DNA of 64,000 nt from an uncultured Candidatus Binatia bacterium (lineage in GTDB: Bacteria > Desulfobacterota > Binatia > Bin18): positions 1,504,001 to 1,568,000 of the forward strand of contig OZ243961.1 in the NCBI GenBank assembly GCA_965214605.1, in the 5' to 3' direction. Positions 42,769 to 54,959 of the stretch are shown in pieces. The translations under genes and the position numbers were made by a program. The notes below the pieces were generated by a model. The model saw nothing but the letters and a program-made list of their open reading frames with translations, was not told the DNA's origin and did not search any database. Each line of letters starts with the position of its first letter. Position 1 is the stretch's first letter.

Positions 42769-44490
42769 TCAGGCAAACATCATTTCGTGCATGGCACTGC
42801 CGGCCGGCACCATAGGGAAGACTCCCTCGGCTGTTGGGATTACCGTATCGACCAAAACCGGCCCGGGCTCGGCAAAGGCCGTCCGCAGGGTCGCAGACAG
42901 ATCGGCCGAGCGTTCGACCCGGAATCCTTTGGCCCCATAGGCATCGGCAAGTTTCACAAAATCGGGCATGGCGTCCATGTACGAGTGGGAGTAGCGCTCT
43001 TCGTAAAACTTCTCCTGCCACTGGCGGACCATGCCCAGATGGTGGTTGTTCATAATCACAACTTTGACCGGCACGTGGTACTGCACGGCGGTTGACAGTT
43101 CTTGGATGTTCATCTGAATACTGCCGTCGCCACTAATAACGACGATCTCGCGCTCGGGCGCGGCAAAATGCGCCCCAATGCCGGCTGGTAGACCGTAACC
43201 CATGGTCCCCAAGCCACCAGAGGTGAGCCACGAGCGGGGATATTTAAACGGCATCATTTGGGCCGTCCACATCTGGTGTTGGCCAACATCGGTGACAATC
43301 ACCGCCTCACCACGGGTCAGTTCGGCAATACCGTCAATGACCTGACGCGGTTTGATATCGCCGTTAGGGTCGTGTGTCTGGTACGGCAGCGGTTTTTCCG
43401 CTTTCCAGTCCATGATCTGTTGGTACCATGCGGCCCAGGCCTGTTGGCGGGAAGCCAAGTTCTCCTGGCTTTTGACCTTTTTGAGCATGGACTTGAGAAC
43501 CGTCTTGATATCGCCCACGATCGGCACGTCAACCTTAATGTTTTTGCTGATCGACGACGGATCAATATCAATATGGATGATCGTCTTAGCGTTTGGCGCA
43601 AAGTCCGCGACCCGACCCGTCACCCGGTCGTCAAAGCGGGCACCGACGGCAATCAGCACATCACAGTGATATACGGCCATATTGGTCCAATAGCCGCCGT
43701 GCATGCCGAGCATACCAAGGTGGAGCGGATCGTCGGTCGGGATTGTGCCTAGAGCCATGACCGTTGGGGTGAGCGGGATTTTGAGGCCATGAACAAGCTC
43801 GGTGAGTTCCGGCGCGGCCCCGGACCACTGTACCCCGCCACCCACATAAAAGAGCGGGCGCTCAGCCCCCTCAATCGCCTCCAGAGCCTTTTCAATTTGA
43901 CGCTCGTTGCCCTTGAGCGTTGGCTTATAGCCCCGGATATCCACCCGGTTGGGATACACAAATGGCGCCTCACCGGTCTGGATGTCCTTGGGTAAATCGA
44001 CTAGCACGGGTCCGGGACGGCCTGTGCCGGCAATATAAAAGGCTTCTTTCATCACCCGAGCGATATCTTTGACATCGCGGACGAGGTAGTTGTGTTTGGT
44101 GCACGGCCGGGTAATACCGGTCACATCGGCCTCCTGAAATGCGTCGTTGCCCAGCATGTTGCTCGCCACCTGACCAGAGAGAACAACCATGGGTGTTGAG
44201 TCCATGTAGGCATCGGCAATGCCGGTGACTGTGTTAGTCGCGCCTGGACCAGACGTGACTAGGACAACGCCGGGCCGCCCGGATACTCGCGCATAACCCT
44301 CGGCCATATGCGACGCGCCCTGTTCATGACGGACTAGGACATGGCGCAACTGAGGGTTTTGGACCAAGGCGTCATAGGTCGGGAGAATCGCGCCACCAGG
44401 ATAACCAAAGATGGTATCGACGCCCTCGGCCAACAGACTTTCAATAACGATTTGTGCACCACTCAGCTTCTTCATACCCGAATACTCCAC
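42769..44490 (-). CDS. ilvB: Acetolactate synthase large subunit
   Basis: FGYPGGA, RHEQ, TSGPGATN, DVGQHQMW, GDGS..MN TPP motif. Confidence 0.96.
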   Translation of the reverse strand: MEYSGMKKLSGAQIVIESLLAEGVDTIFGYPGGAILPTYDALVQNPQLRHVLVRHEQGASHMAEGYARVSGRPGVVLVTSGPGATNTVTGIADAYMDSTPMVVLSGQVASNMLGNDAFQEADVTGITRPCTKHNYLVRDVKDIARVMKEAFYIAGTGRPGPVLVDLPKDIQTGEAPFVYPNRVDIRGYKPTLKGNERQIEKALEAIEGAERPLFYVGGGVQWSGAAPELTELVHGLKIPLTPTVMALGTIPTDDPLHLGMLGMHGGYWTNMAVYHCDVLIAVGARFDDRVTGRVADFAPNAKTIIHIDIDPSSISKNIKVDVPIVGDIKTVLKSMLKKVKSQENLASRQQAWAAWYQQIMDWKAEKPLPYQTHDPNGDIKPRQVIDGIAELTRGEAVIVTDVGQHQMWTAQMMPFKYPRSWLTSGGLGTMGYGLPAGIGAHFAAPEREIVVISGDGSIQMNIQELSTAVQYHVPVKVVIMNNHHLGMVRQWQEKFYEERYSHSYMDAMPDFVKLADAYGAKGFRVERSADLSATLRTAFAEPGPVLVDTVIPTAEGVFPMVPAGSAMHEMMFA

Positions 44491-44525
44491 CTAACACATT
44501 CAGTGTCCTCAGAATCATATAAGCT

Positions 44526-44597
44526 ATGAATAAAAAAGGCAAGAAAGCCAAATTTTCTGAATTTTCTCTTGACATAAAGCGCTTTTATTCATTATTT
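44526..44597. promoter_or_regulatory. AT-rich divergent promoter region with TTGACA and an inverted repeat
   Basis: TTGACA at 44569; ATGAATAAAA (44526) / TTTTATTCAT (44583) inverted pair; AAAGCGCTTT palindrome. Confidence 0.5.
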
Positions 44598-44649
44598 ATT
44601 AGGAATCCTATTGAAAATCCCTTATATATAGAGGGAGAAGGTCCGTCAC

Positions 44650-45180
44650 ATGAGCCTCGATAGTCTTGACCGGCATATTCTCTCCCTGCTCCAGGAAAAC
44701 TGTAAACTCTCTCTGAACAAGATTGGAGAGCGAATCGGGCTATCCGCCCCCTCGGTAGTTGAACGGATCAAAAAACTCGAAGAGAGCGGCGTTATTCGGG
44801 GCTATACCGCAGTGCTCGACGCCCGCAAGCTGGGCAAAGATATTACCGCCTTTATCGGTGTCTCAATTCATCATCCGAAACTGATCCAGACCTTTGAGAG
44901 AGACATTGATCGCTTTGAGGAGGTCCAGGAGTGTCACCACGTCACCGGTGAGTACACCCTGCTACTCAAGGTCAAAACCGATAACACGTCAGGCCTCGAA
45001 GAGCTGCTCCGCCAGATTCGTTCCATTGACGGAGTCGCCCGGACCGAGACCTCGGTCGTGCTGTCAACCCATACCGAAGGGCTGTGGTTGAATCTCAAAC
45101 AGGAAGCCCTGGTGTCTAGGTCACGCCTCAAAGGCCCGCCTGAATCGCTTGTGTCCTTACGCACCAGAAGAGGAGGCTAA
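44650..45180 (+). CDS. Lrp/AsnC family transcriptional regulator
   Basis: [46 protein letters not shown]. Confidence 0.95.
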   Translation: MSLDSLDRHILSLLQENCKLSLNKIGERIGLSAPSVVERIKKLEESGVIRGYTAVLDARKLGKDITAFIGVSIHHPKLIQTFERDIDRFEEVQECHHVTGEYTLLLKVKTDNTSGLEELLRQIRSIDGVARTETSVVLSTHTEGLWLNLKQEALVSRSRLKGPPESLVSLRTRRGG

Positions 45181-45182
45181 AC

Positions 45183-48100
45183 ATGCCACGTCACAACCAT
45201 CCTGGTATTCCTGCCAAGCAAGGGCTGTATGACCCAACGTTTGAACATGATGCGTGCGGCATTGGTTTTGTGGTCAATATTAAGGGTAAGAAATCCCACC
45301 AACTCGTCGAGCAGGCTCTGACTGTCCTGCAGAACCTCGACCATCGTGGGGCATGTGGATGTGAGGAAAACACCGGCGATGGGGCCGGGGTGTTGATGCA
45401 GGTGCCGCATGGATTTTTGCAGGCGGTGTGCGCCGAGACGGGCGTTCAGCTGCCTGCACCGGGCCAGTACGGGGTGGGGATGATTTTTTTGCCGCCGGAC
45501 GCCGAGCAACGCCGAACGTGTGAGCAACACTTTGAGGCGATTGTACGGTCCGAGGGGCAGACTGTCCTGGGCTGGCGGGATGTGCCAACCGATGATAGGA
45601 GCCTAGGCAAGACGGCCAGGGCGTGTGAGCCGTTTATTCGCCAGATTTTTATCGGCCGCAGTCCCAAGCTCGCGGATGACATGGATTTTGAGCGCAAGCT
45701 CTACGTCATCCGTCGTCAGATCACCAATGCGATTCGGTATAGCGATGTCCCAGGTGGAGAATTTTTCTACGTTCCCAGCCTGTCGTGCAAAACCTTGATC
45801 TACAAAGGAATGCTCACCCCGCACCAGGTCTCCGTCTTTTATCCCGACCTGACTGACCCGCGTGTGGAAACGGCGATTTGTCTGGTCCACTCGCGTTTTA
45901 GCACCAACACGTTTCCCAGCTGGGAGCGTTCGCACCCATATCGCTATATCATTCATAATGGAGAAATTAATACCCTGCGCGGCAATGAAAACTGGATGCA
46001 CGCCCGGCAGTCGATGCTGGCAACCGAGTTGTTTGGTGCTGATCTCCCTAAAATTTTTCCGATCATCTTGGAGGACGGTAGCGATTCGGCCAAGTTCGAC
46101 AACTGTCTAGAGTTCTTGGCCCTGAGCGGCCGTTCGCTAGCCCATGCGATGATGATGATGATCCCCGAACCGTGGGAAAATCATGACAGCATGGACCCCG
46201 CCAAGCGGGCCTTTTACGAATACCACAGCAGCCTCATGGAACCCTGGGACGGTCCGGCATCAATTGCGTTTACCGATGGCCTGCGCGTCGGAGCTGTTCT
46301 CGACCGTAACGGACTGCGGCCGTCGCGCTACTATGTCACCAAGGATGATCTGGTGATTATGGCCTCGGAAGTCGGCGTGCTGGAAGTCGAACCCGATCGG
46401 GTGCTGGAAAAGCGCCGTTTACAGCCAGGCCGAATGTTCCTAGTTGATACTGAGCAGGGCCGCATCATCAGCGATGAAGAGCTCAAGCAGCAAATTGCTA
46501 CCGAGTACCCCTACCAGGACTGGCTGGACGCCAACCTAGTCCATTTTGATGATCTGCCAGCGCTGGAAGACCCCCAACCCGCCTCCGATCATGAGGCTAG
46601 CTTGCAACGTCTCCAGGCGTTTGGCTACAGCTTTGAAGATCTACGCATTAACATTGGCCCCATGGCTGTTAACGGCATTCAGCCCGTCGGCTCAATGGGA
46701 ACGGACACGCCGCTAGCCGTCTTATCCGACAAACCGCAGCTGCTATACAACTATTTTAAGCAGCTCTTCGCCCAGGTGACCAACCCGCCGATTGATCCGA
46801 TTCGGGAAGAGCTCATCACCTCAACAACTCTCACTCTGGGTTCGGAGGGCAATTTGGTCGACCCACAGCCAGGCAGCTGCCGACAGCTGCGCCTGTCAAC
46901 TCCGATCCTGAGTAATGCTGAGCTGGAAAAACTGCGTCGCCTTGCCCTAGCCGGCCTGAGCGTCACAACGCTGCCCATCCTATTTACGCCCGGTAGTGGG
47001 AAAGCCGGTCTCGAACAGGCGATGGAAGCGCTATATCGAGCAGCCGATCAGGCCATTGCCAACGGAGCAACGATTCTCATCCTGTCCGATAAAGGCGTTG
47101 ATCGTCACCACACCCCCATCCCGGCGCTCTTGGCCTCGTCCGGTCTCCACCATCACCTGATCCGGACCGGAACACGGACCCGGATCAGCCTAGTTTTGGA
47201 GTCTGGCGAGCCGCGTGAGGTCCACCACTTCTGCCTCCTGCTCGGCTACGGCATTCAGGCCTTTAATCCGTATATGGTTTACGAATGCCTGAGCGATATG
47301 ATTGGCCAGGGCATGCTGCAGAACATCAGCTATGACAAGGCAGTGGCCGGATATAAAAAAGCCGTGGTCAAAGGGGTGGTCAAAGTCATGTCAAAGATGG
47401 GGATTTCGACCATCAAGTCCTACTGCGGAGCCCAGATCTTTGAGGCTGTGGGTCTAGGCCAAGAGCTGATCGACCGGTATTTTACCTGGACACCGTCCCG
47501 GGTAGGCGGGACTGGCCTAGAGGCTGTGGCCGAGGAGACTGAACGCCAACACGCTAAAGCGTTTCCCGAGATTCCAGTCAACGGTCGAACCCTTGAGGTC
47601 TACGGTCAGTATCAGTACCGCAAGGACGGCGAACTCCATCTGTTCAATCCGCGCACAATCCATCTGCTGCAGAAAGCCTGCCGCAATAATGATTATGCCA
47701 CGTTCAAGGAGTACTCCGGCCTGATTGACGGCCAGTCCCAACGGTTGGCCACGCTGCGCGGTTTGTTGGACTTCAAGTATGCCGCTGAACCAATCCCGAT
47801 CGATGAAGTCGAACCGGTCGAAGTCATTACCAAGCGGTTTAAAACCGGCGCCATGTCGTACGGTTCGATCAGTAAAGAAGCTCACGAAGCCCTGGCCATC
47901 GCTATGAACCGGATCGGCGGCAAGAGCAACACGGGGGAAGGCGGGGAGGATCCAGCGCGCTACATACCCGACCCCAACGGCGACTCGCGCAATAGCGCAA
48001 TTAAGCAGGTCGCATCGGGGCGTTTTGGCGTGACCAGCTATTATCTGACCCAGGCGAAAGAACTCCAGATCAAGATGGCACAGGGAGCAAAACCGGGCGA

Positions 48101-49790
48101 AGGCGGAGAGCTGCCGGGGCGTAAGGTCTACCCCTGGATTGCCAAAGTCCGGCTATCCACGCCTGGCGTAGGACTCATCTCACCACCGCCCCACCATGAT
48201 ATTTATTCGATTGAAGATTTGGCTCAGCTGATTCATGACCTGAAGAACTCCAACCACCACGCCCGGATCTGCGTCAAGCTCGTCTCGGAAGTCGGAGTTG
48301 GCACGATCGCGGCCGGCGTGGCCAAGGGCCATGCCGATGTGGTGTTGATTAGCGGCCATGACGGTGGCACCGGCGCCTCGCCCCAGACCAGTATTAAACA
48401 CGCCGGTCTCCCCTGGGAACTAGGAGTGGCCGAGACCCATCAGACGCTGGTACTGAATGACCTGCGTAGCCGCATTGTGGTTGAAACCGACGGCCAGCTC
48501 AAAACCGGCCGGGACGTGATAATCGCCGCTCTGCTCGGTGCAGAAGAGTACGGCTTTGCCACCACCGCCCTCGTCACCCTGGGCTGTATCATGATGCGGG
48601 TGTGTCACCTCGACACCTGCCCCGTTGGTGTGGCCACCCAAAACCCGGCCCTGCGTAAAAAGTTTATGGGCGACCCGGCCTATGCGGTGAACTTCATGCG
48701 CTTCATCGCTCAGGAAATGCGCGAGCTGATGGCCCAGCTCGGCTTCCGCACCGTGAATGAAATGATCGGCCGAACTGATCGGCTTGAGGTCAGACGCGCG
48801 GTTGAGCACTGGAAGGCTAAGGGGCTGGACTATTCGGCCATTCTCTATCAACCGGAAGTTGACCCGGAGGTCGGCCGTTATTGTCAGATTGACCAGAACC
48901 ACGGTCTTGACAAAGCGCTCGACAACACCACTCTGCTCAAACTCGCGGCTCCGACTCTGGAACGTCGCGAAAAAGTCAAACATACGCTGCAGATCAACAA
49001 CACCGACCGGGTGGCAGGGACGATTCTGGGCAGTGAGCTGACACGACAGTTTGGCCCTCAGGGCCTACCCGAAGATCACATCCACTTCCACCTGCAAGGT
49101 TCGGCCGGCCAGAGCTTTGGGGCGTTTGTTCCGCCCGGCATGACCCTAGAGCTCGAGGGGGACGCCAATGATTATTTTGGCAAGGGTTTGTCAGGTGGAA
49201 AAATCATCACCTACCCGCCCCGCGGCTCGACATTTCGACCCGAAGAGAACATTATCATCGGCAACGTCGCCTTCTATGGTGCTACTAGAGGCGAAGCCTA
49301 TATCCAGGGTATGGCAGGCGAGCGCTTCTGCGTCCGTAATAGCGGCGTACACGCCGTTGTCGAGGGCGTCGGCGATCACGGCTGTGAGTATATGACCGGC
49401 GGCCGGGTTGTTGTGCTGGGCAAGACCGGACGGAACTTCGGGGCTGGCATGTCGGGAGGCATCGCCTACATCTATGACGAGGCGGGTGATTTTCCTACCC
49501 ACTGCAACCTGGAGACCGTTTCCCTCCAGCTCCCCAGCGCCGATGATCTGCAGGAGATCGAAGCGATGCTTCAACGCCACGCCAGCTACACCCACAGTGA
49601 ACAAGCCCTGCAGGTGTTGGCAACATGGACCACCACGTCCGCAAAGTTTGTGAAAGTCATGCCTAAAGACTACCAGCGTATGCTCGCAGCCGTCCAGCGG
49701 GCCGAGCAGGAGGGGCTGGCCGGTGAAGATGCAGTGATGGCTGCCTTTGAGGCGAATAAGAATGACGCCGCCCGGGTAAGCGGAAATTAA
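45183..49790 (+). CDS. gltB: Glutamate synthase large subunit
   Basis: [47 protein letters not shown]. Confidence 0.98.
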   Translation: MPRHNHPGIPAKQGLYDPTFEHDACGIGFVVNIKGKKSHQLVEQALTVLQNLDHRGACGCEENTGDGAGVLMQVPHGFLQAVCAETGVQLPAPGQYGVGMIFLPPDAEQRRTCEQHFEAIVRSEGQTVLGWRDVPTDDRSLGKTARACEPFIRQIFIGRSPKLADDMDFERKLYVIRRQITNAIRYSDVPGGEFFYVPSLSCKTLIYKGMLTPHQVSVFYPDLTDPRVETAICLVHSRFSTNTFPSWERSHPYRYIIHNGEINTLRGNENWMHARQSMLATELFGADLPKIFPIILEDGSDSAKFDNCLEFLALSGRSLAHAMMMMIPEPWENHDSMDPAKRAFYEYHSSLMEPWDGPASIAFTDGLRVGAVLDRNGLRPSRYYVTKDDLVIMASEVGVLEVEPDRVLEKRRLQPGRMFLVDTEQGRIISDEELKQQIATEYPYQDWLDANLVHFDDLPALEDPQPASDHEASLQRLQAFGYSFEDLRINIGPMAVNGIQPVGSMGTDTPLAVLSDKPQLLYNYFKQLFAQVTNPPIDPIREELITSTTLTLGSEGNLVDPQPGSCRQLRLSTPILSNAELEKLRRLALAGLSVTTLPILFTPGSGKAGLEQAMEALYRAADQAIANGATILILSDKGVDRHHTPIPALLASSGLHHHLIRTGTRTRISLVLESGEPREVHHFCLLLGYGIQAFNPYMVYECLSDMIGQGMLQNISYDKAVAGYKKAVVKGVVKVMSKMGISTIKSYCGAQIFEAVGLGQELIDRYFTWTPSRVGGTGLEAVAEETERQHAKAFPEIPVNGRTLEVYGQYQYRKDGELHLFNPRTIHLLQKACRNNDYATFKEYSGLIDGQSQRLATLRGLLDFKYAAEPIPIDEVEPVEVITKRFKTGAMSYGSISKEAHEALAIAMNRIGGKSNTGEGGEDPARYIPDPNGDSRNSAIKQVASGRFGVTSYYLTQAKELQIKMAQGAKPGEGGELPGRKVYPWIAKVRLSTPGVGLISPPPHHDIYSIEDLAQLIHDLKNSNHHARICVKLVSEVGVGTIAAGVAKGHADVVLISGHDGGTGASPQTSIKHAGLPWELGVAETHQTLVLNDLRSRIVVETDGQLKTGRDVIIAALLGAEEYGFATTALVTLGCIMMRVCHLDTCPVGVATQNPALRKKFMGDPAYAVNFMRFIAQEMRELMAQLGFRTVNEMIGRTDRLEVRRAVEHWKAKGLDYSAILYQPEVDPEVGRYCQIDQNHGLDKALDNTTLLKLAAPTLERREKVKHTLQINNTDRVAGTILGSELTRQFGPQGLPEDHIHFHLQGSAGQSFGAFVPPGMTLELEGDANDYFGKGLSGGKIITYPPRGSTFRPEENIIIGNVAFYGATRGEAYIQGMAGERFCVRNSGVHAVVEGVGDHGCEYMTGGRVVVLGKTGRNFGAGMSGGIAYIYDEAGDFPTHCNLETVSLQLPSADDLQEIEAMLQRHASYTHSEQALQVLATWTTTSAKFVKVMPKDYQRMLAAVQRAEQEGLAGEDAVMAAFEANKNDAARVSGN

Positions 49791-49827
49791 AGGCGACACA
49801 CTGAGATCAAAGGAGCAGATTACCACC

Positions 49828-51312
49828 ATGGGTAAGCCAACCGGATTTATGGAATTTCAGCGTGAACTGCCACCTGACCGCTCCGCCTTAGAACGGATAA
49901 ATGACTGGCAGGAGTTTCACCAACACCTGCCCGTGGACAAACTCCAGGAACAGGGCGGACGCTGCATGGACTGCGGCATTCCCTTCTGCCACACCGGAAC
50001 CCTGATCAGTGGTATGGCCTCCGGCTGTCCGCTGAATAACCTCATCCCCGAATGGAACGACTTGGTCTACCGTGGCCTGTGGAAAGAGGCCCTAGAGCGT
50101 TTGCATAAGACGAACAATTTTCCGGAGTTCACCGGTCGAGTGTGCCCGGCTCCGTGCGAGGGTTCATGTGTGTTGGGTATTACCAATCCTCCGGTTACGA
50201 TCAAAAATATCGAGTGTTCGATTGTTGACCGGGGCTTTGCCGAGGGCTGGATTATCCCAGAGGCTCCGGCTAAACGCAGCGGCAAAAAAGTGGCCGTAGT
50301 CGGCTCTGGTCCAGCCGGGCTGGCGTGTGCAGCCCAGCTCAACCGGGCCGGTCATCGGGTGACCGTCTATGAGCGGGCAGACCGAATTGGTGGCTTGCTG
50401 ATGTACGGTATCCCCAACATGAAGCTGAATAAGAGCCTGGTCCAGCGCCGGGTTGACCAGCTTGTCGAGGAAGGAGTGCAGTTTGTCACCAGTACCGCTG
50501 TTGGCAAGGACGTGTCGGCTGTCCAGTTGCGTGAGGAGTTCGATGCCATGGTCTTGTGCTGCGGCGCAACCAAACCCCGTGATTTCCCGATCGAGGGTCG
50601 AGCTCTCAAGGGGATTCACTTTGCCATGGAGTTTCTTCACGCCAACACCAAAAGTCTACTCGACTCCAGCCACACCGACGGTGAGTACATCTCGGCCACC
50701 GATAAGCATGTGATTGTCATTGGCGGCGGCGATACCGGTACCGACTGTGTCGGTACCTCCCTGCGTCACCAATGCAAAAGCCTGACTCAGTTTGAAATCT
50801 TGCCCCGTCCCCCGGCAGAACGCCAAGCCGACAACCCGTGGCCGGAATGGCCCAGAATCTTGCGCGTCGATTATGGACAAGAAGAGGCTCAGGCCCGGTT
50901 TGGTGCCGACCCGCGGGTGTTCTTAATCCAAACCGAAAGGTTTGTCGGTGATGAAAACGGACGGGTGAAGGAACTCCATACCATTCAGATCGAGTGGAGC
51001 AAGAACGAAAACGGCGCCTTCATTCCCAAAAATGTTCCCGGTACCGAAAAGGTCTGGCCGGCCGACCTGGTGCTCTTAGCCATGGGCTTTTTGGGACCGG
51101 AAGACCCTATCCTGGAAGAGCTTGGCGTGGATCGTGATGGCCGCTCAAACGTAAACGCCGAGTACGGCAAATATGCAACCAGTGTCGAGGGAGTGTTTGC
51201 AGCCGGTGACGTGCGACGCGGCCAAAGCCTAGTTGTGTGGGCACTCCACGAGGGGCGCAGCGCCGCGCGAGAGTGCGACCGCTATCTGATGGGCAGTACC
51301 AATTTACCCTAG
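49828..51312 (+). CDS. gltD: Glutamate synthase small subunit
   Basis: [39 protein letters not shown]. Confidence 0.98.
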   Translation: MGKPTGFMEFQRELPPDRSALERINDWQEFHQHLPVDKLQEQGGRCMDCGIPFCHTGTLISGMASGCPLNNLIPEWNDLVYRGLWKEALERLHKTNNFPEFTGRVCPAPCEGSCVLGITNPPVTIKNIECSIVDRGFAEGWIIPEAPAKRSGKKVAVVGSGPAGLACAAQLNRAGHRVTVYERADRIGGLLMYGIPNMKLNKSLVQRRVDQLVEEGVQFVTSTAVGKDVSAVQLREEFDAMVLCCGATKPRDFPIEGRALKGIHFAMEFLHANTKSLLDSSHTDGEYISATDKHVIVIGGGDTGTDCVGTSLRHQCKSLTQFEILPRPPAERQADNPWPEWPRILRVDYGQEEAQARFGADPRVFLIQTERFVGDENGRVKELHTIQIEWSKNENGAFIPKNVPGTEKVWPADLVLLAMGFLGPEDPILEELGVDRDGRSNVNAEYGKYATSVEGVFAAGDVRRGQSLVVWALHEGRSAARECDRYLMGSTNLP

Positions 51313-51385
51313 CCCTCCTCTACTTGAGTCATCGCAGCGTATCGCGTACAAAAAAGGAACTCTTGAGACAGAAGGACGGTGGCCG

Positions 51386-51640
51386 ATGAAGCCAGTAAAA
51401 ATATACACCACCCTGTTTTGTCCCTACTGTACAGCGGCAAAATCTTTACTGACCAAAAAAGGGGTTCCGTTTGAAGAGATCGACGCGACTGGGAATCCAG
51501 ACTTACGCCAAAAGATCATGGAACGCTCCGGCCAGCACACGGTTCCTCAGATCTTTATTGATGAACGACCGGTCGGCGGCTTCTCTGAACTGAATGAACT
51601 AGAGATGTGCGGAGAGCTTGACGGGTTGTTGGCGGATTAA
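51386..51640 (+). CDS. grxC: Glutaredoxin 3
   Basis: CPYC, TVPQIFI, GG. Confidence 0.92.
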   Translation: MKPVKIYTTLFCPYCTAAKSLLTKKGVPFEEIDATGNPDLRQKIMERSGQHTVPQIFIDERPVGGFSELNELEMCGELDGLLAD

Positions 51641-51691
51641 AGCTCCAGCGACGCTCTCTTCGCTTTTTTGAAGGAAGAAGGAGGAAATAGT

Positions 51692-52000
51692 ATGGCACTA
51701 TATCTCGACGAAGTGTGGCTGAAAGACCCGAGTCCGGAACGGATGAAGGAATTTACCAAGCTTATTGGCGCCGCGGCCAAGAGCCCAGCCTCGGTTGGCG
51801 CACCTCAAGAGGTCCGTTTTGCCGGTGGCCCGTGGTTCTCGAATGAAGAGCCCAAGGTCATCTTTCTCGTAGACATTCCCGATCACACTCCGACCTTCCA
51901 GGTATTTGGCAAAATCGTTTCGAGCGGCTTGATTGAAAAGCGACGCCTGACCCCGATTGTGGAATGGAGTGAGGTGGAGAAGATGGTCGAGCAGTTGTAA
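51692..52000 (+). CDS. Small hypothetical protein (dimeric alpha-beta barrel-like)
   Basis: GGAGG RBS before ATG 51692; protein-like composition; fold guess is weak. Confidence 0.65.
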   Translation: MALYLDEVWLKDPSPERMKEFTKLIGAAAKSPASVGAPQEVRFAGGPWFSNEEPKVIFLVDIPDHTPTFQVFGKIVSSGLIEKRRLTPIVEWSEVEKMVEQL

Positions 52001-53043
52001 ATTTTGGAGATAGGGGGAGGCTTTCTCATCTTGGTAGAATTCCGAGGATCCTATGGAGCGGAGAGCAGAATGGAGACCCCAAGGGATACAAAGGAAACTG
52101 CGTAGATAGCGAAAAAGTGTCTCACCCATCTTTTCGCTGACGAAGAGAGTATCAATGTCAGCTTTGAAGAGGTTGAGTCAACTCACCCGCCACATGAAAG
52201 GAGCCGCACGCCAAACCCCATCCCCGTACCCGGCGCCGACGCGATTACAGAGTCGCTGGGTGCAATTCGCCCACCTCATGCCGCCGGTGCAATATGGCCA
52301 CCGCCGACGCGCGTTTTTGTCGGAGGCCCTTGAGCTATCACGAGGTCCGTGCCCCTAGGGCGTAGCAGGGGCCTCAACCGAGGCCCGCGTCCCTTCATCT
52401 GGAGTAAGCTTGACCTACCTGAAGTAGTCCAGATGTGGTCTGTGGGCTGAGCGTTGACCGGAACGCGTGCAGAGAGCTCCCATTGACCGTCTGACGTAGG
52501 AAACGGTTGCGGTAGCTCATGCTGCTTAGTTTGGGTCCAGCCAATGCCGAGCCACGGATAGGGCGGCATTCAGAGAGGCAGAGTAGGCGTTCAGGAAGAC
52601 TTGGTGGCTACGAAAGTTGGATACGCGGGCCCGAAAGGCAGGGTGAGCCATTCACCCGCCTTGGTCTGAGTCGTCTCATTGCCTCAGGCCGCCGGCAGGG
52701 TTGAGGAATCATTGCTCTGCGGTACAAGATCTCAAAGCGCGGCCCAGCATCCAGGTCGTAGCGGACGCTGACCGCCTGGCAAAACCGATGCTGAGATAAA
52801 AATTGGTAGCGGACCCAGGACCATGCAACGGGCGTCTTACGGAACCTGGCTTGGGTCGGCCTACAGCAGGGTATCGCACCAAGGCGGGTGGCTGATGCCC
52901 GACAGCAAGGAATCCGCAGACAGGGCATTGGTCAGGCCCCAGTTCAGCCCCAAGATAGAAACCACGGCAGTCGCCTTCAGCCTGTGCGACAGATGCTTAG
53001 CTTTGCCGTTTCACCCATCTCTTGTCTTTTCCCACCCTTCTTA

Positions 53044-53925
53044 TCAGGCTGAGCAGACCTCACAGCTGTTCTGCTCAGCCAGCCAGCGGTCTTCTTCCGA
53101 CTGATACTGTGGCGTGCTGTAGCGCTCAGTGCGCGTGTCGCCGTCGTTTGAAGCGGTCTCTTTCCAGCCGTCACCCTGCGACCAGAGAAAGGGAAGGATC
53201 TTGATGCTGCCTGGCGTGACCAGAGAAGTAAAGCCGTCCAGCGCTTGGAGTAGAATGGCACGCTGGAGTGCCGGCTGATGCGGCTCGCCACTGGTATGTC
53301 CCAAGGGAAAATCCAGAAAGGCGGCCCGCGGTGGGTTTACCGCATGCATGATGTCTAGGGCGCTGCCCATGCTGAGCGTCGAGATACCGGCAGCCTCGGC
53401 GTTCCGGGCGATCAGTCCCACGGACTGATGACACACTGGTCAAACTGGGACTAAAAGCGTGGCATCGACTTTTTCTGCTCGCAGGCACTCAGTCAGCCGC
53501 GGAGCCAGCTCGTCACGCACCCGCCGCGACGAATAAATACCACCCATAAACGTATAGGCATGGGCGGCCAGCTCCCCGATCACACCTTCTTTGACCAGCC
53601 CTCGCAGGGCGTCAATGGGAAAAACCACGTTGGGATCTTTGCGGGCATCGGTTTGGTCATAGGCAAAGTGTGCGGTACGCAGATCATTGGTATCCACGTC
53701 GGTAGGGATTGCCCGGAACGAGAGGTCGTCTTTGAAGTGAAAGGCGACCTGGCCCTTCATGTACAGTCCACCGGAAGCGATCAAACCCAGACGGCATTCG
53801 GACAGTGGCTTCCGCAGTGGTGTCCATGGCGGAGTGTCGGGGTTGTGGACCCATTTATATGGCTTATAGCCGAGCTTGGCATAATTGTTAGTAATACGGG
53901 TGATGTAATCGACCGTTTGCGGCAT
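53044..53925 (-). CDS. GrdB/PrdB-family (glycine/betaine/proline reductase B-like) selenoprotein; UGA at 53442-53440 read as Sec
   Basis: PLSECRLGLIASGG, DPNVVFP, then LLVPV-TGA-PVCHQSVGLIAR in one frame (UxxC); SECIS-like hairpin directly 3' of the UGA. Confidence 0.88.
53411..53429 (-). promoter_or_regulatory. Putative bacterial SECIS element
   Basis: mRNA AUCAGUCC-GUG-GGACUGAU, a perfect 8-bp stem starting 10 nt after the UGA, with a G/U apical loop. Confidence 0.75.
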
Positions 53926-54090
53926 GGCTTCCTCCAGGAAACTTAACTTGACGATTTTTTCGCTAGAATGCAACAGGAGACGCGGTTCAAGAACGCATTG
54001 CGTCTTTGGTCTGCAAGCTTGCACGGCAACTGATAACCGGCTAGGCTCCCCAGCGTCTGGTAGACAACGCTGATCAGGAAGGGAATACAC

Positions 54091-54939
54091 ATGAAATTTG
54101 GACTTTTTGGTATCAATATGGGCATCGCCAGTAACCCGGATGTATCCGTACGGGTTGCCCAGGCGGCCGAAGCGGCCGGTTTTGAATCAACCTGGACCGG
54201 TGAACATGTGGTCTTGCCCGACCCCCAAGCACCGCCTTCCCCACTCCCACCCCACCACCCGCTGCTCGACCCAACCGTTGCTCTGGCCTTTATTGCCGGT
54301 CGGACAAAAACGATCAAGCTTGGTACCGGTATTATTATCCTCCCACAGCGAAATCCTCTTGTTCTGGCCAAAGAACTGGCCAGTCTTGACGTGGTATCCG
54401 GCGGGCGTCTCATCTTTGGCCTGGGCATTGGTTATCTCAAGCCGGAGTTTGACGCGTTAGGTATTCCGTTCAGTCACAAAGGTCCGCGCTCAATTGACTA
54501 TTTACAGGCGATGAAAGCCGTCTGGACCCAGGCCAAGCCCGCCCATCAGGGTGAATTTGTCTCGTTTAGTGATATTCAGGCTCGTCCCCAACCGGTTCAG
54601 AAGCCCCATCCGCCGGTGGTTTTTGGCGGCCATACCCCGCAAGCCTACAAACGTAGTGTGCAGTACGGCAACGGCTGGTTTGGCTTTGCCCTTGATGTCG
54701 AGGCCACAGCAAAATGTCTGGAAGGACTCAACCAGGCCGCTCAACAGGTCGAACGCCCCGCCGAGCTGGGCCGATTAGAAATCAGTGTCACCCCCAAGGG
54801 CGAGCTTGATTCAGACACAGTCAAACGCTTTACCGATCTCGGTGTTGATCGGCTGATTCCGTTTAAGGCATCAAAGACCGAGGCGGACTGGATCGATTAT
54901 ACCAAGAAAACGGGCGATGAACTGATTGGCAAGAGTTAA
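54091..54939 (+). CDS. LLM-class F420-dependent oxidoreductase (Rv2161c-like)
   Basis: GFESTWTGEHVVLP, LPQRNPLVLAKELASLD, QKPHPP. Confidence 0.9.
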   Translation: MKFGLFGINMGIASNPDVSVRVAQAAEAAGFESTWTGEHVVLPDPQAPPSPLPPHHPLLDPTVALAFIAGRTKTIKLGTGIIILPQRNPLVLAKELASLDVVSGGRLIFGLGIGYLKPEFDALGIPFSHKGPRSIDYLQAMKAVWTQAKPAHQGEFVSFSDIQARPQPVQKPHPPVVFGGHTPQAYKRSVQYGNGWFGFALDVEATAKCLEGLNQAAQQVERPAELGRLEISVTPKGELDSDTVKRFTDLGVDRLIPFKASKTEADWIDYTKKTGDELIGKS

Positions 54940-54959
54940 AGACACCGGAGAGGGCTGTC

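Noticed and set aside
52020-53030. About 1 kb gap with short ORFs, possible ncRNA or pseudogene
   Set aside because: No family motif or convincing RNA structure could be identified by eye.
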